DNA from: a virus
Lineage: Duplodnaviria; Caudoviricetes
Virus record (IMG/VR): IMGVR_UViG_3300012933_000109
Span: 1 to 41,573 of that record
Reading direction: 5' to 3' (one strand)
DNA length: 41,573 nt
Shown here: positions 8,939 to 17,356 of the stretch, piece by piece
How the letters are laid out: the number at the start of each line of letters is the position of its first letter
Position numbering within the stretch: the stretch's first letter is position 1
Notes under the pieces: model-generated
The model's database searches: none
Seen by the model: the letters and a program-made list of their open reading frames with translations, nothing else
Told to the model about the DNA's origin: nothing
Translations under genes and position numbers: made by a program

Positions 8939-11476
8939 TTAGACTCGTTTCGCGTTATAGAAATACTGACCTGTCCATTCAAGGCTTGTCAGTGTCATTG
9001 GGTACCACTCATGTGATCCGATCTTCAATGTGTACGCACGTACCTCACGTCCGATGAATGCGGGCACAGCTCCTTTGTGCACAGCTTGCTGACCAACGAT
9101 GTTCATTGAGTCACCAAGGATGCGGGAGTTAAAGTCAAGCGCAACGTCAGAGCTAAACTCTGTTGTTGTGGTTGCTTTGATGCGTGCTGTGTCAACGTAG
9201 GCAATCGTCATGCGTGTGCATGTCAAGTACCCAGTTACCACCACGTTGCCCTTTGAGTCACGCATGAATGGGTTTGTCGTTTCGATGTAAGACTCGAACG
9301 GTGCACCCGACACCAAGTTACTTGTTGGGATTGTTGGGAACTCAGCAATCATTTGCGGCACGTTAGCTAGAACAGTCTCACCCTGCAAGTATGCAGTTGT
9401 GCCCTTCTTGTAAGCTGTGTGCACAGGCGTACCTGTGTGCCAGCAACGGTTAGAAGCACCTGTGGTTACTGCACTATATGAACGGGCAGAGTCAACGTAT
9501 GGCTTAGTGTCTAGCTTGGGCAGCAATGACGCACGGTCAACGCTTAACCATGTGCGTGACACGCCAGCAGCGTCAAGGCCAGTACGTGCCCAGTACAGGA
9601 GAACCTGCCCACGGTATGCACTAAAGCCGATCAAGTCACCAAGCATAGGATCAAACTCCCAGCGGCTCCATGAGTCCAACAAACGCTCACGGCCACCGAG
9701 CGAGTCAATGTAGCGGAACGTGTAAATCTTGCTGTAGCTACTGTTCGTGCGAGCGAGTAGCATGTTAGGTGAAGTTGTAGCGATGAACTCTAGCGGCGTA
9801 CCGGGGATGTAGTCGTAAAGCTGTTGCGTCAACTCAGAGCTATTGCTCGTGTCTGACACATCACCAATGTTGAGCTGATACATCTGCGAGACGCTCTCAC
9901 GCTCTTTCATGTAGAACACCAAGTCACCAGAAGCAACAGGCTCCGCAGTGGTAGCATCTTCATGCGAGCTTGACTGAATCACAGAGATCGTAGCAGGCGT
10001 AACTGGATTGCGACCTGAGATACTGTACTGCGCTTTGTCACCAAACAGGAGCAATGACTTGTCGAACAACACAGAGTTGCGGATAATGTCATTCTCAGCA
10101 CCAGTCGAGAACACCTCAACTGGGTCAGTGTCAACAACAGTCAGCACCGATGTGCGGAAGAAGTTGAAGTACTCACCAACCTCACTCATCGTGAGCACTG
10201 AGCCACTACCAATCACCAAGCGATCCTGAAAGTTACCAACGTAGGTAATAGGGTTGTTGATGAAGTACGGTGCTTTGTTTGTGTCCAAGTCACCAACCTT
10301 GCGGCCAGCGAAATCAGGAATGGTTAAGCTAGGTACGAGGCCACGCAAGAGTGCAGGCGTGCTCGCCACATAGAACTGCTCAGCTTCAACTGTGCCCAAT
10401 GCAAACCATACACCGGGTGCAAACGTGTGCGATGTAGCTTCTTCCCATGTGACTTCGGTGTAGCCTGAGGTACCCAGCACACGAGGCACGGCCTTCAAGA
10501 AGTACGCTGGGTCTTCGTCCTTAGCCTGCACCTTGATGATCTTGCCAACGTAGTGCATGTTGGTGAGCTGTGATGCTTCAACAACAGTTTGATGAGCAGC
10601 ACGCATAAACGTACCGTCACCGTTGTCGTTGACTGTGATACCAGTTAAGGTAGTGTCATCAATAAACAGGTGGCTGCTGTTGCGCGTAACCGTAATACCC
10701 TGTGCCGCGATGAGAATGCGGAGCTGTTCAGCGATTGCCTGCGGCTGTGTAGCTGCGGCGGCTGTACCAATCCATGCAGTCACTGCGGAGTTGTAGGCGT
10801 TCACACGGTCATTGACCTGCTTCTGATAATCCGTAGCCGTGGCGGGAATGTCAGCGGTTGTGAGCGTGCCTTGGTAAGAGCTGCTTGGGGTTGTGTAGGT
10901 GATGGTTGTGATGGTTGCACCACGAGTAATCACCACGGTGTATGTGCGTGAGTACGCGCCCCCCTTGATCCAAATGGAACCATAGCGGCTGTTGCTCGAC
11001 ACACTGTATACGTCCGTGCTCGCGCCGGTGGGTGTATGTGTCTTGCCAGCGATGACCATGATGCGCCCGATCTGAGCCACACCAGAGACACCCCCGTTTA
11101 AAAGCGTTACAAGGGCCGTATCAGCCCCGTTCGCCACAACTGGTACGTTGGTATTGGTTGCCTTATTAAAGCAGTACAGCAGGGCTGTATTCGCGCCTAT
11201 GGGCTTTGCTGCTTTACGATAAAGCAGGTCGTACTCAGTCGTGCTGATTTTGAACCCACGGGTAATGAAGCTGCGCAGGTCAGCCTTGTCATTCGCGTTG
11301 GGGTTTGTCAGAATTGGAATGTCAATCAAGTTGTCCGTACCACGGCGGCGGGCCAAGCCTGCCACTGGGTCAGAGATCATGTTGACTTGCTCACCATGCT
11401 GACCGTCAAGACGAGATTCAGGAATCTGCTGACTGACACCACGGTGGATAGTAGCGTAAGAACCGCTAACTTTCAT
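8939..11476 (-). CDS. Tail tubular protein B (T7 gp12-like nozzle)
   Basis: 845 aa; N-terminus GVSQQ...R..GQ..EQVNM.SDPV.GL.RR; FQDRL and YFNFFR motifs. Confidence 0.93.
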   Translation of the reverse strand: MKVSGSYATIHRGVSQQIPESRLDGQHGEQVNMISDPVAGLARRRGTDNLIDIPILTNPNANDKADLRSFITRGFKISTTEYDLLYRKAAKPIGANTALLYCFNKATNTNVPVVANGADTALVTLLNGGVSGVAQIGRIMVIAGKTHTPTGASTDVYSVSSNSRYGSIWIKGGAYSRTYTVVITRGATITTITYTTPSSSYQGTLTTADIPATATDYQKQVNDRVNAYNSAVTAWIGTAAAATQPQAIAEQLRILIAAQGITVTRNSSHLFIDDTTLTGITVNDNGDGTFMRAAHQTVVEASQLTNMHYVGKIIKVQAKDEDPAYFLKAVPRVLGTSGYTEVTWEEATSHTFAPGVWFALGTVEAEQFYVASTPALLRGLVPSLTIPDFAGRKVGDLDTNKAPYFINNPITYVGNFQDRLVIGSGSVLTMSEVGEYFNFFRTSVLTVVDTDPVEVFSTGAENDIIRNSVLFDKSLLLFGDKAQYSISGRNPVTPATISVIQSSSHEDATTAEPVASGDLVFYMKERESVSQMYQLNIGDVSDTSNSSELTQQLYDYIPGTPLEFIATTSPNMLLARTNSSYSKIYTFRYIDSLGGRERLLDSWSRWEFDPMLGDLIGFSAYRGQVLLYWARTGLDAAGVSRTWLSVDRASLLPKLDTKPYVDSARSYSAVTTGASNRCWHTGTPVHTAYKKGTTAYLQGETVLANVPQMIAEFPTIPTSNLVSGAPFESYIETTNPFMRDSKGNVVVTGYLTCTRMTIAYVDTARIKATTTTEFSSDVALDFNSRILGDSMNIVGQQAVHKGAVPAFIGREVRAYTLKIGSHEWYPMTLTSLEWTGQYFYNAKRV

Positions 11477-11485
11477 AGTGTCTCC

Positions 11486-12091
11486 TTAACGGTAGCGTGC
11501 GCGGCGGTTGCCGCTAAAGTTGCGGCGGTAGCCAACGATGTTTGAGAGTGCGAGAGCTACACCGGGGCGTGTCAGCATGTTAGCCTTGACACGACGCATG
11601 TGCTCTGAGTTGAACGTGATGTAAGCGCGGGTGCGGCGATCAGTCAAGAGCTGAGTCTTAACTGCATCACCGTCGATGGAGTTCTGAAAGTGCAGCAATG
11701 CCTCAGCGCCAACGTAGGCACGTGCAGACATGGGCAAATCATCAAAGGCTACCAAGCGGTGCAGGATAACCTGAACTTCATCATCAAATTCGTAAGTGCT
11801 GTCGTCGTTGTTATACAGACGGCCATCGCGCATAGATACGTTAGGCGTGCGTGCAAAGCTATCAACAGACAAGCAGTCACTTGGCAACAGGATGTACTTA
11901 GTACCAACCTGAGGAACAAGTGTGGGACGCTCTACGTTAAACCACCACTGGTCTGACTGAATAGTAGACTGAGCGGTATCAATAGATGCGAGTGCGCGTG
12001 GCACTACAGGATGAAAGGCATCAAGATCATTGACGGGAAGCTCACCAAGCAGGCCCAGCATTTCGTTCACGATGCTAAGAGTTGTAATCAA
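11486..12091 (-). CDS. Tail tubular protein A (T7 gp11-like adaptor)
   Basis: LSIVNEMLGLLGELPV and WWFNVE motifs. Start moved from the ORF-track 12109 to the TTG at 12091, which has GGAG 6 nt upstream. Confidence 0.92.
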   Translation of the reverse strand: MITTLSIVNEMLGLLGELPVNDLDAFHPVVPRALASIDTAQSTIQSDQWWFNVERPTLVPQVGTKYILLPSDCLSVDSFARTPNVSMRDGRLYNNDDSTYEFDDEVQVILHRLVAFDDLPMSARAYVGAEALLHFQNSIDGDAVKTQLLTDRRTRAYITFNSEHMRRVKANMLTRPGVALALSNIVGYRRNFSGNRRARYR

Positions 12092-12107
12092 TTTTTTCTC
12101 CAAAAGC

Positions 12108-12138
12108 AAAAAACCCCCACCGAATTAACGATGGGGGT
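12108..12138 (-). terminator. Intrinsic terminator after the major capsid gene (T-phi equivalent)
   Basis: ACCCCCATCG-TTAATT-CGGTGGGGGT followed by a T tract on the minus strand. Confidence 0.9.
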
Positions 12139-12161
12139 ATTTATGGCTAGGCCAGTGGTGC

Positions 12162-13178
12162 TTACGGCAGCATCAATGCGCCAGCGTACTCAGCACGGTT
12201 AGGGCCGACAGCAAAGGCCAAGTGCGAGTCAACGAACCAAGACTTATACAGCTTGTCGTAGAACACGTCAGTGGTCAATGGGATTGTCTCACCGCCCATG
12301 ATGGCACGTGGGCTGAATGCCAACACGCCCAACTTCGAGAAGTCGCCGTCATAAGCATTGCCGTTGCCAGCGTTGGACAAGTGGTGGCCGCTGATAGTCA
12401 AACCAGCAGGCAAGTTGTTCGAGCTGAACACAGGCACGCCGTAGGTCTTCAACACCCAAGCGTCATTCACTTTGTTGCCAGCGGCAGTGACGTACTCAGT
12501 GTTGACCAACTGCTCAGCTTGGATCAGAGTGTAATACTCCTCAGGCTTCACAACGATCATCACGTCATCATTGCGTGGATCAACGTCCTTCTGCTCAAAC
12601 TTGACCATCAAGCGAGCCAAAGCTGCGTACAACTTAGCTGGGTCTTTCAAGTCCAAAGCAGAAGACAACACTTCTTGGTTGCCACCGAAGTGACCAGAAG
12701 GTTTGCCAGAGCTGCCCTTAGAGTAGGCAGACTGAGTGAGCATTGCAGCTTTCACAGCTTGGATGAAGAACGCTTGATCCCAGAACTTAGCAATCTCTTT
12801 GCCTTGTTCGGTAGCGACTTCACGGCGCACGTCGATCTGAGTTTGGAACACGTCCAACAATGGGAACGATTCGCGGGCTGCAACCACTGTATCAACAGTC
12901 ACTGAGTTCTTGGAGAAATCAGACTTGATACCGTCGAGTTGTTGACCGGGAGCGACCTTCTGCAAGGTCGATTTACCAACTGCGTGGTTGGTGAAAGTGG
13001 CTGTACCCTTCACGCTGCGAACAGGCACAACACCCTGCAACACGGAACGGCGAGCAATAGTACCTTCAACCATGCCGGTGAACTCCTCAATTACGAGGGC
13101 CAACTTCTCAGCTTGGGTGGAGTCAACGCCGTTAATAGCGTTGGGGAAGGTTACATTGAAGACATCATCTAAGGCCAA
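12162..13178 (-). CDS. Major capsid protein
   Basis: 338 aa; ALVIEEFTGMV, DVRREVATEQGKEIAKFWDQ and GVPVFSSNNLP motifs of T7 gp10-like capsids; TTG start with AAGGAG RBS; flanked by a phage promoter and a terminator. Confidence 0.96.
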   Translation of the reverse strand: MALDDVFNVTFPNAINGVDSTQAEKLALVIEEFTGMVEGTIARRSVLQGVVPVRSVKGTATFTNHAVGKSTLQKVAPGQQLDGIKSDFSKNSVTVDTVVAARESFPLLDVFQTQIDVRREVATEQGKEIAKFWDQAFFIQAVKAAMLTQSAYSKGSSGKPSGHFGGNQEVLSSALDLKDPAKLYAALARLMVKFEQKDVDPRNDDVMIVVKPEEYYTLIQAEQLVNTEYVTAAGNKVNDAWVLKTYGVPVFSSNNLPAGLTISGHHLSNAGNGNAYDGDFSKLGVLAFSPRAIMGGETIPLTTDVFYDKLYKSWFVDSHLAFAVGPNRAEYAGALMLP

Positions 13179-13238
13179 GGTAGGCTCCTTATAAAGTAAT
13201 TATGGAAACGCATTCCCGCCGCTCAGGGCGGGTAGGTC

Positions 13239-13252
13239 TGCGTTATATGGAT
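13239..13252 (-). promoter_or_regulatory. Putative phage RNAP promoter upstream of the capsid gene
   Basis: ATCCATATAACGCA overlapping the scaffold stop codon, followed by a 5' leader hairpin (CCCGCC/GGCGGG, 13215-13232). Confidence 0.85.
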
Positions 13253-14025
13253 CAATACCCTGCGCGTTTCGCAATCAGGCGTTGATGTTGCAGGGCTTTG
13301 TATGCTGGAGTGTCAGCAATATCGCGGCCACCAGCGGCGCGAGATAGCTCATTCACGGCTGCGGCATAGGCTTTGGCCGTCATAGGGCCAGCACCAGTGC
13401 CACTAGCTTTGCCAGCATTAGGAGCCACCACAGAAGCTGGGTCTTGCACACTGCCAGCGCTCTTGTTATAGCACTGCACCAGATAGTTGATCGCCATCTT
13501 TGCTTGTGCCCCACCAGCAGCCAAGGCCGCATTGATGGTTTGCTTCTCTTGTGGATCAGCATTGCTAGAGGCCCATGCTTGAACCTGTGCCCAGCGCTCA
13601 GCGCCACCGGCAGCTTGATGAGCCATCTGGCCCAAGGCTACTTCGTTGGCTTGCTGTGCCTTGACGGTGTTCTGATAGGCGTTCTCAGCCAGCGCCAGCA
13701 CGTCTTGGTAGCCTGCGGCTTTGGGGCCAAGGGTGGCAAGCTGTGCTTGGATCAGCGTGAAGTCACCACTCATGGCAGCAACCATTGCTGGGTGCTCAGG
13801 GCCAAAGCCAAGGCCACCAACAAAGTTCAGTGCGTAGTCAAGGCCAACGTCACCAGTCTTCTCGTAAGTAATGGGTGTGCCTGCATCCAACTCGTTAGGT
13901 TCGGCCGGGTCTGCATCGGGTGCAACTGCGGCAACTGTGAGTGTGGGTGCTGCGGGCACAACTACTGGTGCAGCAGGGGCTGCGGGGGCCGCTGGGGCGG
14001 CTGCTTGGGTTACTTCATCTGTCAT
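13252..14025 (-). CDS. Capsid scaffolding protein
   Basis: 257 aa between portal and capsid; Pro/Ala-rich N-terminus; AGGAERWAQVQAWA motif. Confidence 0.88.
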   Translation of the reverse strand: MTDEVTQAAAPAAPAAPAAPVVVPAAPTLTVAAVAPDADPAEPNELDAGTPITYEKTGDVGLDYALNFVGGLGFGPEHPAMVAAMSGDFTLIQAQLATLGPKAAGYQDVLALAENAYQNTVKAQQANEVALGQMAHQAAGGAERWAQVQAWASSNADPQEKQTINAALAAGGAQAKMAINYLVQCYNKSAGSVQDPASVVAPNAGKASGTGAGPMTAKAYAAAVNELSRAAGGRDIADTPAYKALQHQRLIAKRAGY

Positions 14026-15560
14026 TGGGCTTTAGCTCCTTGTGTGATTACATTGCCTGCTGTTTGTGCGGCGGTTTCTGTGAGCATCTGTTGCTGTGCT
14101 TGATCTTGTGCTTGCTGTTGTTCTTCTTGCTGTTGGTCAGCAGACTTAACAAACTTGCCAGCAGCCAGACCATGACCATGGAATATGGTTGTGTAGATCA
14201 CATCCAACTTGAGAGGGCCGGTGATCTGCGGAGGCAAACTGCCAATACTGGCAACGTCACCGAGTGCAGCACGCATGGCTTCTAAGTCGCCGCTACGTGA
14301 CAAAGCATCCAAGCCTGTCACAATAGTGCGCTCAATCTGAGTCTTGCTCAGGTCAAGCTCAACAGCTTGCAGCAACCAATCAGCCACAGGGCCTTGGAAG
14401 TCAACAGCGATGCGTGAGTATGTGCCACCTAAACTTGTCTCAAGCTCTTGGGCTTGTTGACGAATCTCCTCGGCAGTAACACGCTCAGCATCACGGGTGA
14501 CAGCGCTGTTAAGCAGGAATCCACGGCCAATGCGCTGAATGTAATCAGCACCAATACCTTGCACGACTTTCAGGTCGCCGGGTTTGCTGTTAGAGATAAG
14601 GGTAACGTCACCCTCAAGGCCGGGCAATGCCGAACCGTTCTCGCTTTCTTCCAAGTCCTCAGGCTTCGTCACACCACCGGGGTTGACCAACCAACGGAAC
14701 TCAGAGGAAAGTACAGCGCCCTTGATCTGGGCCTCACTCAATGTAGACAACGCAGCGAAGTCGCCGGAGTAGTCTTCCACCAAGCCGGTACCGTAGTCAG
14801 CTTCATCACTGAGCTGCCATGTCAATGCACGGTATGGTAACTTGTCCTCAGGCCAGTAGCCATCGAACTCAGCGGGTAAGCGCTTAGTGTCAACCCATTG
14901 TGACATGCGGTACTTGCCATCACGTTGACGTTCAATCCACTGGAAGAACTCAACCTCAGTCTCAGGATTGCAGCGCATTTTCTGCGCATTCATGTAGTCC
15001 TGCACTTTGACTTCAAGCTCGTCGTACATTACCTTCTCGCGGATCAAGATAGTCTTGACTTTGCCCGCTGAGGTGCGGCGCACGCAGTATGACTTAACAC
15101 CATACACACGCATTTCATCTTCCTTCTTGCGGGGCAAGTACACGAGTGTGTTGCCTAGCACGACAAGATTAGAAATAGCTTGGTACAGTTTAGGACGTAC
15201 AGTGCCACGACGATCAAGTTCTTTGATAGCCTGTTGCTCGCCCTTGGCTAATGCTTCGTCAATGTCTGACTCTGCAACGCCTTGAGCAATCGTCTTTTTC
15301 TTCCAATCGGGCTTAGCCTCTAAGCGAAAGAACGGACGACTTGGTGCGAACAGTGCAAGCACCAGCTTGTTGACAATATGATTGACAGCCTGTGCACCAA
15401 CTGATTGCCAGTCGTGTGATAGCTCGTCGTTGTCTTGCTTGTAACCATCCTCGGTACAGAGGCGTGGTAGCGTGAAGCCAGCGTACTTCTCACAGCGGCC
15501 AATGAAGCCCCGCCGCAAGCCAGTCAGCTTCTGCCACTCGCCTAATGCGGTGTTCTTCAT
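14022..15560 (-). CDS. Portal (head-tail connector) protein
   Basis: 512 aa; QSVGAQAVN...LFAPSRPFFRL, YGTGLVEDY and RDAERVTAEEI..AQELE..LGG.YS motifs. Confidence 0.96.
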   Translation of the reverse strand: MKNTALGEWQKLTGLRRGFIGRCEKYAGFTLPRLCTEDGYKQDNDELSHDWQSVGAQAVNHIVNKLVLALFAPSRPFFRLEAKPDWKKKTIAQGVAESDIDEALAKGEQQAIKELDRRGTVRPKLYQAISNLVVLGNTLVYLPRKKEDEMRVYGVKSYCVRRTSAGKVKTILIREKVMYDELEVKVQDYMNAQKMRCNPETEVEFFQWIERQRDGKYRMSQWVDTKRLPAEFDGYWPEDKLPYRALTWQLSDEADYGTGLVEDYSGDFAALSTLSEAQIKGAVLSSEFRWLVNPGGVTKPEDLEESENGSALPGLEGDVTLISNSKPGDLKVVQGIGADYIQRIGRGFLLNSAVTRDAERVTAEEIRQQAQELETSLGGTYSRIAVDFQGPVADWLLQAVELDLSKTQIERTIVTGLDALSRSGDLEAMRAALGDVASIGSLPPQITGPLKLDVIYTTIFHGHGLAAGKFVKSADQQQEEQQQAQDQAQQQMLTETAAQTAGNVITQGAKAQ

Positions 15561-15568
15561 GGTGCTCC

Positions 15569-16075
15569 TTAGATGCGAATGCTAGAACCGGCAGCGCCAG
15601 TGTTTGCAGATGGTGTACGGAATTGTGCGCGGCTGCGTTGCACGTTCTTGTTCAAACGGCCAGCACCTTTCTTGACTTCAACCTCACCACCGCTTTGGCC
15701 GGGAGCTTCACCAGCTTTACCAGTCAACGCGACTTGTGGGTTTGTGATTGTCTCAGATGTGCTGTCGCCAGCAACGGCCTGCTCTACTGGTGCAGCAGAT
15801 GGGGACGGTGTGGGAGCAGGAGGTGTAGTGACACCCACAGCCTCAGTGACTTGGTTGATTGCCTTAGCGACAGGTTCACCGACGATAGGCACAGCGCTCA
15901 CAACTTGTGTGGCTGCTTTGACAACAGGCTCAACAACAGGTTGTGCGAGTTTCACTACAGGAGCGACAACTTCTTTAGCTGCGCTGACGACAGGTTTTGC
16001 TACAGCAGCAACAGTACTTGTAGCTGCCTTAGTAACCTTCTTGACTGCCGTAACAGGATTAGCGTTTCCACCCAT
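15569..16075 (-). CDS. Virion assembly protein, T7 gp7.3-like
   Basis: Real start is the ATG at 16075 (MGGNANPV...), right after the upstream stop. K/V/A/P amphipathic repeats, a basic patch and a GSSIRI C-terminus; immediately before the portal. Confidence 0.7.
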   Translation of the reverse strand: MGGNANPVTAVKKVTKAATSTVAAVAKPVVSAAKEVVAPVVKLAQPVVEPVVKAATQVVSAVPIVGEPVAKAINQVTEAVGVTTPPAPTPSPSAAPVEQAVAGDSTSETITNPQVALTGKAGEAPGQSGGEVEVKKGAGRLNKNVQRSRAQFRTPSANTGAAGSSIRI

Positions 16076-16076
16076 A

Positions 16077-16418
16077 TTAAATCCGAATCGTGTTGCCCGC
16101 TGGAGTAGCGGTTGATTGATAGGCCGCACGCTTGCGTGAGGTTGGTGTGCGCTTGGTTGCAACATTGACTGTCACATCCTGACTAGACGTTGGTGCCTTA
16201 GCGTCAAGAATGTCTTGCTCTACCTTAGCACGTGCGGCTGCGTTCTCCTGCTGCATGGCTGTGCCACGTGCAGTCTCTCGCGCTTGCGCAGCCATCTGTT
16301 CAGATGACGCTTTGATTGCGGCTGACTGACGGTCGGCCATAGCCTGTGCGTCACCTGCTGGGTCAATGCCGACCCATTTCAGCGGTTCGCTGATTAGTTT
16401 CTCTACAGTACCACCCAT
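16077..16418 (-). CDS. Small virion protein (gp6.7/7.3-like)
   Basis: 113 aa, MGG...GNTIRI; TAATG overlap with the upstream gene; pre-portal position. Confidence 0.65.
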   Translation of the reverse strand: MGGTVEKLISEPLKWVGIDPAGDAQAMADRQSAAIKASSEQMAAQARETARGTAMQQENAAARAKVEQDILDAKAPTSSQDVTVNVATKRTPTSRKRAAYQSTATPAGNTIRI

Positions 16419-16855
16419 TAGAGTTTCCTTGTAAGATGTTGATGAGTTGCTTTGTAACCAAAGCGGCTAAGCAAGCGTGCACGTTCAGCATCGCCAAAGT
16501 CCGTGCCGATAACCACGGCTGTGCATTCGTTGTCCCTAGCGTACTCCTCAATAGAGAGCATCGCTTTACGCATACCCAACGGAGTACCGGGGATATGGTA
16601 TATGAATTGCTCGTAGAGGGCACGCTCCTCACTGGCAAAGCCGTAGCCCATGCTGCACAGCATGAGGTATCTGTTGTCTCCAACAATGGCTTGCACATCA
16701 GGATGCGCACCACGCAATGCGAGCATCAGTTCGTGCTCTACTCGGCCACGCCTATAATCAGGGTGACGGAGTAGGAACTGATCTGCAATGTCATGTAGAT
16801 GACTAAGTAACTCAGGGCAGTCTTCTGCCAGAGTGTAGTTACTTGCCGATGACAT
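16418..16855 (-). CDS. Putative GNAT-fold protein (pre-portal acetyltransferase-like gene of phiKMV-like phages)
   Basis: Likely start is the ATG at 16855 (GAGG upstream). The LYEQFIY...IEEYARDNECTAVVIGT...RLLSRFGY pattern fits a GNAT C-terminal half; conserved position. Confidence 0.6.
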   Translation of the reverse strand: MSSASNYTLAEDCPELLSHLHDIADQFLLRHPDYRRGRVEHELMLALRGAHPDVQAIVGDNRYLMLCSMGYGFASEERALYEQFIYHIPGTPLGMRKAMLSIEEYARDNECTAVVIGTDFGDAERARLLSRFGYKATHQHLTRKL

Positions 16856-17015
16856 AGCCCTCACGCAGCAGTTTAAGTACATGCTGAATGCCTAACTGAA
16901 ATCCTGCTTGCAGGTCAGATGTATCGCGTTGCACGATAGGTGGGGGCAGCTTGCGTTCTAAGTCTTCGTACACTTCTTTGGTAAGTCGTGCAATGTATTT
17001 GGTTTCGATGGACAT
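16839..17015 (-). CDS. Small hypothetical protein (58 aa), missed by the ORF track
   Basis: MSIETKYIARLTKEVYEDLERKLPPPIVQRDTSDLQAGFQLGIQHVLKLLREGYVIGK; TAATG overlap with the MazG stop; fills the gap exactly. Confidence 0.85.
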   Translation of the reverse strand: MSIETKYIARLTKEVYEDLERKLPPPIVQRDTSDLQAGFQLGIQHVLKLLREGYVIGK

Positions 17016-17320
17016 TAAGTTTCCTTTACGAATACACCGTTGGGCAATGTGGTGCCCTTGCGATCTTTGATCTCGTCATAGGCTAACTCCATGCAGCTCA
17101 CGAGATCAATGTCTCGCAATGCACAGTAGTTAATCAGACAAACCATCACGTCACCCACGCCGTCCTTCTGCTTATCAGTGTCGCCCTTGATTTCTGCATC
17201 ACACAACTCACCGAGTTCTGATACAGCCTTGAGCAACTGAGTATGCGGCTTGGAGTTTGGGATAATCTTGCGGGCCTCAGCCCACTGGATAATTTGAATT
17301 TCTACTTCTGAGTAACTCAT
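17015..17320 (-). CDS. MazG-like nucleoside triphosphate pyrophosphohydrolase
   Basis: 101 aa; QLLKAVSELGEL...KDGVGDVMV...AYDEIKDRKG...NGVFVK (ExxE ... DxxxD metal motifs); AAGGA RBS. Confidence 0.9.
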   Translation of the reverse strand: MSYSEVEIQIIQWAEARKIIPNSKPHTQLLKAVSELGELCDAEIKGDTDKQKDGVGDVMVCLINYCALRDIDLVSCMELAYDEIKDRKGTTLPNGVFVKET

Positions 17321-17342
17321 TGAGTCCTTTGGTTATTTTGCT

Positions 17343-17356
17343 TGCGTTATATGGAT
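17343..17356 (-). promoter_or_regulatory. Putative phage RNAP promoter directly after the RNAP gene
   Basis: ATCCATATAACGCA overlapping the RNAP stop codon; start of the late region. Confidence 0.85.

Noticed and set aside
12140-12200. T7 10A/10B-style capsid frameshift extension
   Set aside because: The terminator follows within about 25 nt of the stop, and there is no room for an extension ORF before tail tube A.
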